Shown here in pieces: positions 19,179-28,871 of a DNA stretch of 64,000 nucleotides. The notes under the pieces are model-generated. The model saw only the letters and a program-made list of their open reading frames with translations, did no database searches and had not been told where the DNA came from. The number at the start of each line of letters is the position of its first letter. Position 1 is the stretch's first letter. The DNA comes from Elusimicrobiota bacterium. GTDB taxonomy: Bacteria; Elusimicrobiota; Elusimicrobia; Elusimicrobiales; UBA9959. The stretch spans positions 540 through 64,539 of the forward strand of contig JAAYVI010000017.1 of the NCBI GenBank assembly GCA_012517235.1. The letters are read 5' to 3'. A program made the translations under genes and the position numbers.

Positions 19179-19550
19179 GTGAAAAGTTTTTCTTTCGGCA
19201 AAAAGTATAAAATAAAAAGCCGAGGTTTGTTCGAATTGATTTTTGAAAAAGGAAAAAAAGAGGCCACTTCGGCCTTGATTTTGCGTTTTATAGACGCAAA
19301 ATCTTTTCCGGAACTCAAGGATAAGGACGGGGTAAAACTCGGACTTATGGTTTCAAGGAAAACCGGCTGCGCGCCAGTAAGGAATAGAGTAAAAAGACTA
19401 TTGCGCGAAGCTTTTAGAAAAGAAAAAAGCGCCTTAAAGGAAGGCGTAAGATTGCTTCTTTATCCCAAACCCGGATTCATTCCGGTCTGCGAGCGCCAGG
19501 CCGCTCAAGAGCTAAAAAAAATATTGGATAAAGCGAAGCTTCTAAAATGA
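19179..19550 (+). CDS. rnpA: Ribonuclease P protein component
   Basis: GLMVSRKTG.A.VRNRVKRLLREAFR (RNR motif); synteny. Confidence 0.95.
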   Translation: MKSFSFGKKYKIKSRGLFELIFEKGKKEATSALILRFIDAKSFPELKDKDGVKLGLMVSRKTGCAPVRNRVKRLLREAFRKEKSALKEGVRLLLYPKPGFIPVCERQAAQELKKILDKAKLLK

Positions 19551-19759
19551 AAAAGACTGCGATATCTTTTGTTTTCAACTTCTATAGGACTTTAAGGACG
19601 ATTTTGGGATCCGGCGCATGTCCTCATACGCCCTCTTGTTCGGCTTATGCTCAAGAAGCTTTTTCAAAATATCCTTTTGTCCGCGCTTTTTTTCTTTCCG
19701 CAAAAAGGCTTTTACGCTGTCATCCCTTTTCCAAAGGCGGTTTCGACCCGGTTCCTTGA
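19547..19759 (+). CDS. yidD: Membrane protein insertion efficiency factor
   Basis: C..TPSCSAYA, RLLRCHPF..GGFDPVP. Confidence 0.93.
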   Translation: MKKTAISFVFNFYRTLRTILGSGACPHTPSCSAYAQEAFSKYPFVRAFFLSAKRLLRCHPFSKGGFDPVP

Positions 19760-19781
19760 GCCTCTTAAATAGGGAGGTTTA

Positions 19782-21326
19782 ATGAACAGAAATATGGTTT
19801 TGGCTATTTTATTGTCTTCGGCAATATATATAGTTTGGTTCGGATTCGTATCGCCGCCTCAGAAAACAGAAGTTAAAAATCAAGCGGAAAGCAAAGAAAC
19901 TGCCGCTCATAAACCCGCGGAAACTTCTAATTCCGCCCGATTGGATATTAATTCCGTAAGCAAAAATCAAAAGAAAGGTTCCGCCATAACAATAAAATCC
20001 GAAAAAGCGGCTTTTTTAATAGAGCCTTTTTCGGCGGAAATAAACGATATAATATATTCCGGCCCGGTAAGCGAAATCAATCTTTCATTATCTCAAAATT
20101 CCGCTTTTCTTAGAACGCTTGAAAATTTGGATTGGAAAAAAGAAACGAACGATTCTTTATCCGCCGTATTTTCCGCTTCTCTATCAAAAGAAATAAAAGT
20201 AAAAAAAATATTTTCTTTTTCCAAAGAACAAGGGATAAACAAATTAGTTTTGGAATTTAAAAACAATTCTTCAAAAAAATTCTCAATACCTTCTTTTCCC
20301 ATAGAATTAGGACCCGGTTTGGGAACGGCAAAAAGCGAAATGAAAGAAAATCCGGATAACTGTAAAGCCGATTATACTTATATGGAAGAAGGTAAAAAGC
20401 ATCCTTCCGTTTCCCATATCAAAGAATCATACGAAAAAGGAGATTGGATTTGGGCCGGACTCAACAACAGATATTTTCTATTTGCGATTTTTAACGAAGG
20501 AGATTTAAAAGAAATTAAAACGGAAAAGAAAGAAATAGACGGGAAAAAATATCCTTTAATGTCGATATACTCCAAATCTTTTGACATAGCTCCCGGGGAA
20601 ACAAAAAATATAATAATACCGTTCTATGCCGGAGCCAAAGATTACAAACTTTTAAAAAGTCTCGGCAAAGGTTTGGATAGGGCCGTAGATTTCGGTTTTT
20701 TCTCTCCGATATCCAAACTTGCCGATTCGGCTTTGCATTTTTTCCATTCCAAAACGGGTAATTACGGCATAGCCATAATACTTCTTAGCATAACCATACA
20801 AATAATTATTTTCCCCTTGAGCATGAAATCTTATAAAGCTATGGCCGTTATGAAAAAACTCCAGCCCGAGATGCAGGCCCTTCAGGTAAAGTATAAAGAC
20901 GATCCGAAAAGAATGAATACTGAGCTAATGGAACTTTATAAAAAATACGGCGCCAATCCTTTAAGCGGCTGCTGGCCTATGCTTTTACAAATACCGGTTT
21001 TTTTCGCTTTATATACCGCTTTGAGAAATTCATGGAATCTTCACGGAGCTTCTTTTGCTTTCTGGATAAAGGATTTATCCGCCAAAGATCCGTATTATGC
21101 TTTGCCGATACTAATGGGAGCTCTTATGTTTCTTCAGCAGCATATTTCTCCTCAAACGGGAGGAGATCCCGCCCAGGCCAAAATAATGAAATGGATGCCT
21201 CTGCTTTTTACTTTTATGTTTCTGTCTTTGCCGTCGGGATTGGTAATATATTGGATAATAAACAGCTTTTTTAGCTTAGGGCAAACATTGTATTTAAAAA
21301 ATTCCGAAGAAAACGGAAAAAATTAA
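19782..21326 (+). CDS. yidC: Membrane protein insertase YidC (with periplasmic domain)
   Basis: GNYGIAII, NPLSGCWPMLLQIPVF, WIKDLSAKDPYY, PSGLVIYW. Confidence 0.97.
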   Translation: MNRNMVLAILLSSAIYIVWFGFVSPPQKTEVKNQAESKETAAHKPAETSNSARLDINSVSKNQKKGSAITIKSEKAAFLIEPFSAEINDIIYSGPVSEINLSLSQNSAFLRTLENLDWKKETNDSLSAVFSASLSKEIKVKKIFSFSKEQGINKLVLEFKNNSSKKFSIPSFPIELGPGLGTAKSEMKENPDNCKADYTYMEEGKKHPSVSHIKESYEKGDWIWAGLNNRYFLFAIFNEGDLKEIKTEKKEIDGKKYPLMSIYSKSFDIAPGETKNIIIPFYAGAKDYKLLKSLGKGLDRAVDFGFFSPISKLADSALHFFHSKTGNYGIAIILLSITIQIIIFPLSMKSYKAMAVMKKLQPEMQALQVKYKDDPKRMNTELMELYKKYGANPLSGCWPMLLQIPVFFALYTALRNSWNLHGASFAFWIKDLSAKDPYYALPILMGALMFLQQHISPQTGGDPAQAKIMKWMPLLFTFMFLSLPSGLVIYWIINSFFSLGQTLYLKNSEENGKN

Positions 21327-21353
21327 TTTTAACATACATACAGGAGGGAAATT

Positions 21354-22109
21354 ATGAAAGAATTAAAAGTGGAAGGCAAAACTGTCGCCGAAGCGGTTGA
21401 AAAAGCGATGAAAGAGTTAGAACTCAACAGACAGCAAATAGAAGTAGAGGTTGTGGAAGAAGGTAAAAAAGGACTTTTCGGAATAGGCGGTAAAAATGCC
21501 GTGGTAGTAGTAAGAGAAAAAAAATGGTCGGCTCAAAGCGAAAAAGAACAGAACCAGCATAAACCTGAAAAAAACTTTCAAAAAGAAAAAACAAAAACAT
21601 ATAAGTTCGATTTAAAAAGTCAGGAAATGAAATTTACTCCGACCGGCGACGACGTAAAAGACGCGGAAAATCTGCTTTCTCAAATACTATCTTTATCGGG
21701 AATTTCTTTTAAACCCGGACAAAGCAGATTTGACGCGCAAACTAAAACGATATTCTTATCTTTTTCGACCGAGGATTCCGGATTATTTTTATTCGACGAT
21801 GCCAAAGGGCTTTTTTCTCTTCAATACCTGATAAATTCCATAATCAATAAAGGAAGGCAGGAAAAAGTAACGGTAAGACTGGATACCGGAGATTTTTGGG
21901 CCAGAACGGAAGATCGTTTAAGAAGAGACGTGGAAAAAGCCGTTTCTACGGTAAAAAGATCCGGCAGACCTTACAGACTCAGACCTATGCCGAGTCAATT
22001 TAGAAAAGTCATACACGACCTGGTAAAAGAAAAATATCCGGATTTTCAAACCGTATCCGAAGGCGAAGATAAGTGGAGAAAAGTAGTAATAAAGCAGAAT
22101 AAAAGATAA
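21354..22109 (+). CDS. jag: Jag/KhpB RNA-binding protein (Jag_N-KH-R3H)
   Basis: EGKTVAEAV...KKGLFGIG, LQYL, PM...RKVIH...SEGE; located between yidC and mnmE. Confidence 0.9.
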   Translation: MKELKVEGKTVAEAVEKAMKELELNRQQIEVEVVEEGKKGLFGIGGKNAVVVVREKKWSAQSEKEQNQHKPEKNFQKEKTKTYKFDLKSQEMKFTPTGDDVKDAENLLSQILSLSGISFKPGQSRFDAQTKTIFLSFSTEDSGLFLFDDAKGLFSLQYLINSIINKGRQEKVTVRLDTGDFWARTEDRLRRDVEKAVSTVKRSGRPYRLRPMPSQFRKVIHDLVKEKYPDFQTVSEGEDKWRKVVIKQNKR

Positions 22110-22124
22110 ATTCCCGGGATAAAT

Positions 22125-23498
22125 ATGCTTTTAAAAAATACGGAAGATCTAATAGTTTCTCTTTCTTCCGGTTTGGAAAAAAGCGCCGTGGCTTTAATCC
22201 GTTTCTCCGGCAAAGACTGCGTTAAAACGGTAAATTTTTTTTTAAATCCCAAAGTAGAAAAATCTAAAATAGTACCGGGACAAATAAAAAAAGTAAAAAT
22301 AATATCCGAGGAGGGGGAACTCATAGACAATGCTTTGGGAGTTTTTTATATTTCTCCAAAAAGCTATACCGGGCAAGATATGCTCGAATTATTTTGTCAC
22401 GGCTCTCCTTATATAATTAAAAAAACTTTGTCTTTGGCTCATAAATACGGAGCCAGACAAGCTTTGCCGGGAGAGTTTACTTTTAGAGCCTATATAAACG
22501 GAAAATTAAATCTATCTCAAGCCGAAGCCGTAAACGATTTAATAAACAGCGAGACCGAAAAACAGCATAAAGCCGCCATATCTCAGCTCAAAGGAGATTT
22601 ATCGGAAAAAATAAAATCTTATAGAGAAAAGATAATATCTTTGTTGGCGGAACTTGAGGTTAGAATCGACGACACATACGAAGAGGTATCGGATTTGGAT
22701 AAAAAAAGTTACTTGGCAAGGCTTGAAGAATTAAAACAAGACATATCCAGATCCGCGTCTTCTTTTGAAAAAGGAAATCTTATCAAAAAAGGGGTAAATA
22801 CGGTAATATGCGGTCTTCCAAACTGCGGGAAATCTTCTCTTTTAAACCGTTTGGCCGGATACGAAAGAGCGATAGTTTCTCCGATAGCCGGTACTACGAG
22901 AGACGTAGTAGAAGAGACGGCGGAAATAGCGGGATATAAATTTTCATTTTCGGATACCGCCGGATTAAATAAAAATGCCAAAGACGAAGTCGAAAAAGAA
23001 GGAATAAAACGAAGCGAAAAAGCCGTAAAAAAAGCGGATATCGTAATATTCGTAAGAGATTTGTCTCAAAAAGAAAGCAAAGAAGAAAAGGAAGCTTTCG
23101 AATTCGTGACGGCGTTAAAATCGGATACCGCAAAATTAATAGAAGCTTTTTCAAAATCGGATTTGCCAAAAGCGAGAGAACCAAAAACCGGTTTTCCGGT
23201 ATTTTCTTCTTTAACAGGGGAAGGAATAGAAAGATTAAAAGATATTTTGGCGGATTTTTGCGCCGACGGTAATTTTTCATACTCAAGCGCAGTAACCTCT
23301 TTGAGACATTACGAATCTTTATCGGAAGCTTTATGCGCCGTTGAAAAGGCTTATGAAAACGCTTTTAAGAACGGACCTATGGAAATTACGGCCGAAAACT
23401 TAAGACAATCTCTTTCTTCCATAGGCGAAATAGCCGGCGAGACGGTCCCCGAAGATATTTTGGCCGAAATATTTTCAAATTTCTGCGTAGGCAAATAA
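22125..23498 (+). CDS. mnmE: tRNA modification GTPase
   Basis: SYTGQD, PGEFTFRA, GLPNCGKSS, GTTRD, DTAG, C-terminal FCVGK. Confidence 0.97.
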   Translation: MLLKNTEDLIVSLSSGLEKSAVALIRFSGKDCVKTVNFFLNPKVEKSKIVPGQIKKVKIISEEGELIDNALGVFYISPKSYTGQDMLELFCHGSPYIIKKTLSLAHKYGARQALPGEFTFRAYINGKLNLSQAEAVNDLINSETEKQHKAAISQLKGDLSEKIKSYREKIISLLAELEVRIDDTYEEVSDLDKKSYLARLEELKQDISRSASSFEKGNLIKKGVNTVICGLPNCGKSSLLNRLAGYERAIVSPIAGTTRDVVEETAEIAGYKFSFSDTAGLNKNAKDEVEKEGIKRSEKAVKKADIVIFVRDLSQKESKEEKEAFEFVTALKSDTAKLIEAFSKSDLPKAREPKTGFPVFSSLTGEGIERLKDILADFCADGNFSYSSAVTSLRHYESLSEALCAVEKAYENAFKNGPMEITAENLRQSLSSIGEIAGETVPEDILAEIFSNFCVGK

Positions 23499-23499
23499 A

Positions 23500-24237
23500 A
23501 TGATATGGGATTTTTTTAAAAATACTTTATTTTCTCCTTCAAAAGCCGGAGAAAAAATAGATTCTATTAAGATACTTTTCGCTCTAATTTTATTTTTAGC
23601 CGGAATTACGGCGGAATCCGCATCTCTTTTTTTAACTCCTTCGTCAATGTTAAAAGAAGCATATTCGTCGAGTATTTCTTATTTTTCCGCGGCGCATTTT
23701 TTCTTTTTATCTTTCATATCCAAATTTATTTCTACGGCTTTTTTTATTCCGGCTTTTCTTTCTTTGATGTTTTTTTTCTCAAAATCATCTCTTAAAAAAA
23801 TTATTATTTTTACTTTTTTATCGGCATCCGCGGCTATCTTTCTATTATCTTTTCCTTCTTTTTACACGGCGGCTTTTTCTTTAATTTTCATATCCGGAAT
23901 TCTTTTTTTTATCATACGAAACAAAGTTTCTTTTTTGATCGATATTTTTAAAATTTATTCATTATCGTCTTTTATTACGTCGGCATATATTTTTTTGTGG
24001 GGGATATCAGTATTATTATCAAGCGTAAGAATGATGGAATCGTCTCAAATAATTTGGGCCATATGGACGGCGATATTTTTTTCTTCCGCTTGTTCTTCAA
24101 GATTTAAGATAAGCATACCTAAAGTATTCGCTTCTTTGATATTTGCGTCTCTATATATCATTTTCATTGTCTATATGCTTAAAACTTCCGATATTATAAA
24201 TTCGCAAATATTTGAAATATTAATCATGCAGGGTTAA
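23500..24237 (+). CDS. Hypothetical multi-pass membrane protein (Yip1-like architecture)
   Basis: About 7 hydrophobic segments; tightly packed between mnmE (1-nt gap) and mnmG (0-nt gap). Confidence 0.75.
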   Translation: MIWDFFKNTLFSPSKAGEKIDSIKILFALILFLAGITAESASLFLTPSSMLKEAYSSSISYFSAAHFFFLSFISKFISTAFFIPAFLSLMFFFSKSSLKKIIIFTFLSASAAIFLLSFPSFYTAAFSLIFISGILFFIIRNKVSFLIDIFKIYSLSSFITSAYIFLWGISVLLSSVRMMESSQIIWAIWTAIFFSSACSSRFKISIPKVFASLIFASLYIIFIVYMLKTSDIINSQIFEILIMQG

Positions 24238-26016
24238 ATGAACAAATTTATATATCCTCAAAAATACGACATAACGGTCATCGGCGCGGGGCATGCCGGC
24301 TGCGAAGCCGCTTTAATATGTTCCAAATTAGGTTTGCAAACAATTCTGATAACCCAAAATTTAGATACGATAGCCCAGATGTCCTGTAATCCTTCCATAG
24401 GAGGAGTGGGGAAAGGGCAAATAGTAAAAGAAATAGACGCTTTAGGCGGAATAATGGGAATAAATACGGACAAATCCGCTCTTAACTATCATATGCTAAA
24501 TACCTCCAGAGGTCCCGCCGTAAGGTCTCCGAGAGCGCAATGCGACAAAAAACTCTACCACTTAAATATGAAATTTGCTCTGGAAGAAGCCGAGAATTTA
24601 AGAATAATTCAAGACGAAGCGCAAGAACTTTGGCTGGAAGGCTCTTGCTTAAAAGGGATTAAAAGCGCAAGAAACGTATTTTACGAATCCAAAGCCGTAA
24701 TAATAACTTCCGGAACTTTTTTAAAAGGCATAATTCACATAGGACATTTCAGTTTTCCCGGGGGAAGATATAACGATCCGCCGTCTTCTTCTCTTTCCGA
24801 TTCCATATCGCAAGCCGGAGTTAAAAGAGGAAGACTTAAAACCGGAACTCCTATGAGACTTAACGGAAGAACCATAGATTTCTCTCTTTGCGAAAAACAA
24901 GCGCCCGATTCTCCGGCAGAACCTTTTTCCGTATTTACCGACAAAGAAAAACTTAATTCGAGAATTTTTTTACCTTGCTGGATAACAAGAACCGAAAAGG
25001 AAACCGCGGAAATAATTTCAAAAAATCTCTCTTCCGGAGCTTTATACGGAGGAAAAATCAGTTCTTTAGGACCCAGATATTGTCCGTCCATAGAAGACAA
25101 AATAGTCAAATTTCCTCATCATGAAACCCATCATATTTTTCTCGAACCGGAAGGATTTCAAACGCTCGAATATTATGTAAACGGACTGTCTACGAGTTTA
25201 AGCGAAGAGACTCAGACTCTTATCGTAAAAAGCATACCGGCTTTAAAAAACGCTCAAATAATACGTCCGGGATACGCCATAGAATACGACTATTTTGATC
25301 CTCAAAATCTTGACTTTACTCTGGAGTCTAAAATAATTCCAGGTCTTTATTTGGCGGGACAGGTCAACGGAACTACCGGATACGAAGAAGCCGCCGCCCA
25401 AGGACTTATGGCCGGGATAAACGCATGCCTTAAAATAAAAAGAGAAGAACCCTTGATACTTAAGCGCCACGAGGCTTACATAGGAGTTATGATAGACGAT
25501 TTAATTACAAAAGGAGTAGACGAACCTTACAGAATGTTTACGTCCAGAGCCGAACACAGACTTATGATGAGACAAGATAATGCCGACATAAGGCTGTCGG
25601 AGATAGCGTTTAAGATAGGCGCTTTGCATAAGAATCTCTACTCTTCTTTCAAAGCCTATTTGAAAGTTTACGAAGAGGCGTCTAAAAACAAAAAAAATAT
25701 AAAAGAAATTTTAGGGCCGTGGCGCGCGGAAAACGCTTATTTGGCGGCAAAAAACGACGCCGAATATTGCGCATACATAGAAAGAAGCAAAAAAGAAATA
25801 GAAAAAGCAAAAGTTTTGGAAAAAGTATCGATACCTCATGATTTTGATTACGGAAAAATCAAAGAACTTTCAAACGAAGCGAAACAAAAACTTTCCAGGT
25901 TAAAACCGAAAAACTTGTCGGACGCTTCGAGAATACCGGGCCTTACTTTGGCGGAAATACAGTTTTTATGGGTTATAATAAATAAGAAAAGAGGAGCGGA
26001 TGAAAAAGGAAATTGA
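24238..26016 (+). CDS. mnmG: tRNA uridine 5-carboxymethylaminomethyl modification enzyme
   Basis: GAGHAGCEAA, MSCNPSIGG, GPRYCPSIEDK, AGQVNGTTGYEEAAAQG, YRMFTSRAE. Confidence 0.98.
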   Translation: MNKFIYPQKYDITVIGAGHAGCEAALICSKLGLQTILITQNLDTIAQMSCNPSIGGVGKGQIVKEIDALGGIMGINTDKSALNYHMLNTSRGPAVRSPRAQCDKKLYHLNMKFALEEAENLRIIQDEAQELWLEGSCLKGIKSARNVFYESKAVIITSGTFLKGIIHIGHFSFPGGRYNDPPSSSLSDSISQAGVKRGRLKTGTPMRLNGRTIDFSLCEKQAPDSPAEPFSVFTDKEKLNSRIFLPCWITRTEKETAEIISKNLSSGALYGGKISSLGPRYCPSIEDKIVKFPHHETHHIFLEPEGFQTLEYYVNGLSTSLSEETQTLIVKSIPALKNAQIIRPGYAIEYDYFDPQNLDFTLESKIIPGLYLAGQVNGTTGYEEAAAQGLMAGINACLKIKREEPLILKRHEAYIGVMIDDLITKGVDEPYRMFTSRAEHRLMMRQDNADIRLSEIAFKIGALHKNLYSSFKAYLKVYEEASKNKKNIKEILGPWRAENAYLAAKNDAEYCAYIERSKKEIEKAKVLEKVSIPHDFDYGKIKELSNEAKQKLSRLKPKNLSDASRIPGLTLAEIQFLWVIINKKRGADEKGN

Positions 26017-26623
26017 AGAAATATCCAAAGAACTATCTCTGTCTATAAACGAAGAACAGGCCGCAAAACTCGAATTTTTCGCCGATTTAATTTTACATAA
26101 AAACGAAGAGATAAATCTTATTTCAAGAAAAGACACGGAAAATATATGGACCCGCCACATAGGCGATTCCTTGGCTTTTTATCCTTTGTTGAAAAAATTG
26201 AATTTGCACAAAGAAGGGCTTAAAATAGCCGACATAGGAGCGGGAGGAGGATTTCCGTCTTTGCCTTTGGCCGTAATTCTTGAAAATTATTTTTTTTCTT
26301 TATACGAATCTTCTCTTAGAAAATACGAATTTTTAGTTTGGACCGCCATGGAACTTAAATTATCTAACGTTTCGGTTTTTAGAAAAAGAATAGAGAAAAA
26401 AGACAGAGGGGAGTTCGATATTTGTCTTGAAAGAGCGGCTGGAGAACCTTTTGAAATAATACCTTTATGCAAAAACTTATGCCGAAGCGGGGGAAACGCC
26501 GTAATATGGCAATATGAGAGAAATATCGCAAAAATAGAAAAGACAAATCCGCCGTACTTTATATATAATTATTCTGTAGGCGGAGAAGCCGGAAAAGTTT
26601 TGCTTGTTTTTAGGAGGTCTTAA
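26000..26623 (+). CDS. rsmG: 16S rRNA m7G527 methyltransferase
   Basis: NLISR, RHIGDSL, DIGAGGGFP; follows mnmG. Confidence 0.93.
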   Translation: MKKEIEEISKELSLSINEEQAAKLEFFADLILHKNEEINLISRKDTENIWTRHIGDSLAFYPLLKKLNLHKEGLKIADIGAGGGFPSLPLAVILENYFFSLYESSLRKYEFLVWTAMELKLSNVSVFRKRIEKKDRGEFDICLERAAGEPFEIIPLCKNLCRSGGNAVIWQYERNIAKIEKTNPPYFIYNYSVGGEAGKVLLVFRRS

Positions 26624-27144
26624 TGCATGTTTTTAACTATTTTTTTACTCCTTTCGCCTTAATATCGGTATTTTTTGCGATTTACTTTTCTTCTCCGGAA
26701 CCGGCCGAGACAAAGATAACTTTGGGAATAATATTTTTTCTTTTCGCCGTAAACTTTTACATATCCAAAAAAATATACAGTTTTTTCAGATATATGCAGA
26801 AAATAAGAATTGCTTTGGTGGTTTTCAATACTTTGGGCATATCCGCTATCTTTTATTTTCTATCCGCTTATTGGGCTCCGATATGGCTTCTTTTCGTAAT
26901 ACCTCCGGCTGCGGCTTCTTTGTTTTTAAGAAAAATCGGTACTTTTCTTATTTCTTTTTTTTCGGCCTTATGCATGCTTGGGATATATATTTTGAGAAGT
27001 AAAATATTGGAAACAGAATTCTCGGTTCAGCTTTGGGCCATGGCATCATGTCATGCCTTATTTATAATAATATTTTCGATGTTTATAAATTTTATGTCCG
27101 AAACTATGACCAGGATGAGAGATTCCTCGCGTCTTTCGTCTTAA
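26623..27144 (+). CDS. Hypothetical membrane protein (about 5-6 TM)
   Basis: Hydrophobic throughout; SD AGGAGG; TAATG overlap with rsmG. Confidence 0.8.
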   Translation: MHVFNYFFTPFALISVFFAIYFSSPEPAETKITLGIIFFLFAVNFYISKKIYSFFRYMQKIRIALVVFNTLGISAIFYFLSAYWAPIWLLFVIPPAAASLFLRKIGTFLISFFSALCMLGIYILRSKILETEFSVQLWAMASCHALFIIIFSMFINFMSETMTRMRDSSRLSS

Positions 27145-27161
27145 AGGAGAAAAAGTCCTGA

Positions 27162-28262
27162 ATGGACATACTTCACAAACTAAGAGTAATATTCTGGTTT
27201 TTGGTTGCGGGATTATGGGGACTTTTTTTATATCAATATATAAGCGAAGACCTTAACTCTCTTCCGAAAATAAAGCTTTCTCAAAATCCTTTTTATTCGT
27301 CCAAAACCAAAACCGCCGTGGAAAGGAAATATATTCCGCCAAAACCGCAAGAAACCGAAACTCGCGCAAAAGAAATTCAAGAAACCTTTTCTCAAAAAAT
27401 ATCCTCTCAAACCGCCAGAATTTTAATCGACGCAAAAGATATAAAAGATATTCCGGACATGCACCTAAAAAATATACAAGAAGAACAAGTTTCGCCGAAA
27501 AGCTATTATAATAAGTCCGACACCCCGCAACCCATAGAAGGATTTGCCTTTGTTCAAACGGATCATTTTTTTATTTACCAGGAAGGCGATACGGTAGACG
27601 AAAATATAGTAAAAGATTTGGAAAATCTTCACGGAAATATAATCTTGGACCTCATAGCTTTTTCTCCCTGGCAAAGAGAAAATAAAGTCCATATATATTT
27701 CTCCAAAAATCCCGCCACATATCAGAAATTAACCGGCAGACCGGCATGGTCCGGCGGCGCGGCAAATATGGCCGAGAAAAAAATTTATTTATACGAAAGC
27801 GAAGAAGCTTTCGGGATATTGGCGCACGAGTTGACTCATATCTATTTTGACAGTTTTTTTGAAAATTCTCCCAGCCCTCTCTGGCTAAGCGAAGGAATGG
27901 CCGTATACATACAAGTGGAAAGAGCGGGATCTTATCCGAGATGGCTTAAGGAAAATTTAGAACTTTTAAAGAACGGGGGAGGATACAAAGTATCGGACAT
28001 AGTAAAAATAGAAACTCTCGAAGGAGCCGACGATAAAAGCGTAAAACTTTGGTACGCGCAAAGCTACAGTTTAGTTTTATTTTTAATGAGAGCCAAAAGA
28101 GGAGACGCTTTCTATCAATTCTGCAAATATATAAAGCAAGGAGAAAATGTTTCGCTGGCTTTATATAAAGCATACGGTTCTCCTTATAATAAACTTTCTT
28201 CTCTGGAAGTCGTATGGCGTTACGATTTAAAAACAGGGAAACTTTCTCAGCTAAATCAATAA
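27162..28262 (+). CDS. Membrane-anchored zinc metallopeptidase (peptidase MA-like, gluzincin)
   Basis: N-terminal TM, low-complexity linker, HELTH followed by PLWLSEGMA, later YAQSYSLV. Confidence 0.8.
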   Translation: MDILHKLRVIFWFLVAGLWGLFLYQYISEDLNSLPKIKLSQNPFYSSKTKTAVERKYIPPKPQETETRAKEIQETFSQKISSQTARILIDAKDIKDIPDMHLKNIQEEQVSPKSYYNKSDTPQPIEGFAFVQTDHFFIYQEGDTVDENIVKDLENLHGNIILDLIAFSPWQRENKVHIYFSKNPATYQKLTGRPAWSGGAANMAEKKIYLYESEEAFGILAHELTHIYFDSFFENSPSPLWLSEGMAVYIQVERAGSYPRWLKENLELLKNGGGYKVSDIVKIETLEGADDKSVKLWYAQSYSLVLFLMRAKRGDAFYQFCKYIKQGENVSLALYKAYGSPYNKLSSLEVVWRYDLKTGKLSQLNQ

Positions 28263-28337
28263 AATATTGTATTCGTATATAATCAAAAATTTCAAAGAAA
28301 TTATTTTATTTTCCGTATCTATTTTACATACAAAGTC

Positions 28338-28366
28338 TTGACAAAAATCAAAATATGGTTTATACT
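28338..28366 (+). promoter_or_regulatory. Sigma70 promoter of the mraZ/dcw operon
   Basis: TTGACA-N17-TATACT. Confidence 0.85.
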
Positions 28367-28375
28367 TATTTCAAT

Positions 28376-28410
28376 GTGGTGGAAAGTGGTTTAAAATGGT
28401 TTAAACTGGA
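28376..28410 (+). promoter_or_regulatory. MraZ autoregulatory direct repeats
   Basis: GTGGT, GTGGT, ATGGT, CTGGA at an exact 10-bp period between the promoter and mraZ, matching the known GTGG-type MraZ boxes. Confidence 0.85.
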
Positions 28411-28421
28411 TTAAGGTGAAC

Positions 28422-28871
28422 ATGAGCGCTTTTTACGGAGAATATAAATTCGCGATGGATCCTAAAAACAGGATCTTTGTTCCCTCTAAATTTAGAGAAG
28501 CCCTAAAAGAAGAAAAGAAAGATTTTTTTATGATAACAAAAGGCATGGACAATTGCCTCTATATGTTTCTTCCTTCGAAATGGGAAGATTTGATTAAAAA
28601 TAATATGGAAATATTTAAATCCGAAAATAAAGAAGAAGAAAGGGCTTTTAAAAGATTTTTTTTCTCAAACGCTTACGACTGCAGATTGGACGAACAGGGA
28701 AGAATATTATTGGGACAAAGCCACAGAGAATATGCCGGACTAAAAAAAGAAATAATGATAATAGGCGCCGGCAATAAGGCGGAAATATGGGATGCCTCCA
28801 GCTGGAAAAAATACGACGAAACAAAAATGAAAAAAGCCTTTGCAAAGTTTTCGAAAATTCTGGACATATGA
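28422..28871 (+). CDS. mraZ: Transcriptional regulator MraZ
   Basis: Duplicated DPKNRI / DEQGRI motifs, KAEIWD. Confidence 0.97.
   Translation: MSAFYGEYKFAMDPKNRIFVPSKFREALKEEKKDFFMITKGMDNCLYMFLPSKWEDLIKNNMEIFKSENKEEERAFKRFFFSNAYDCRLDEQGRILLGQSHREYAGLKKEIMIIGAGNKAEIWDASSWKKYDETKMKKAFAKFSKILDI

Noticed and set aside
18812-19318. 168-aa minus-strand ORF
   Set aside because: Antisense to the photolyase end, rpmH and rnpA; rpmH explains the region.
28376-28410. 10-bp periodic repeat as a novel element or mini-CRISPR
   Set aside because: Explained as canonical MraZ operator repeats; no spacers or cas genes.
18980-28420. Possible oriC near rpmH or mnmG
   Set aside because: No dnaA and no TTATCCACA cluster seen in the intergenic gaps. 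The only near-match noticed (CTATCCACA, about 55221) is inside thpR.
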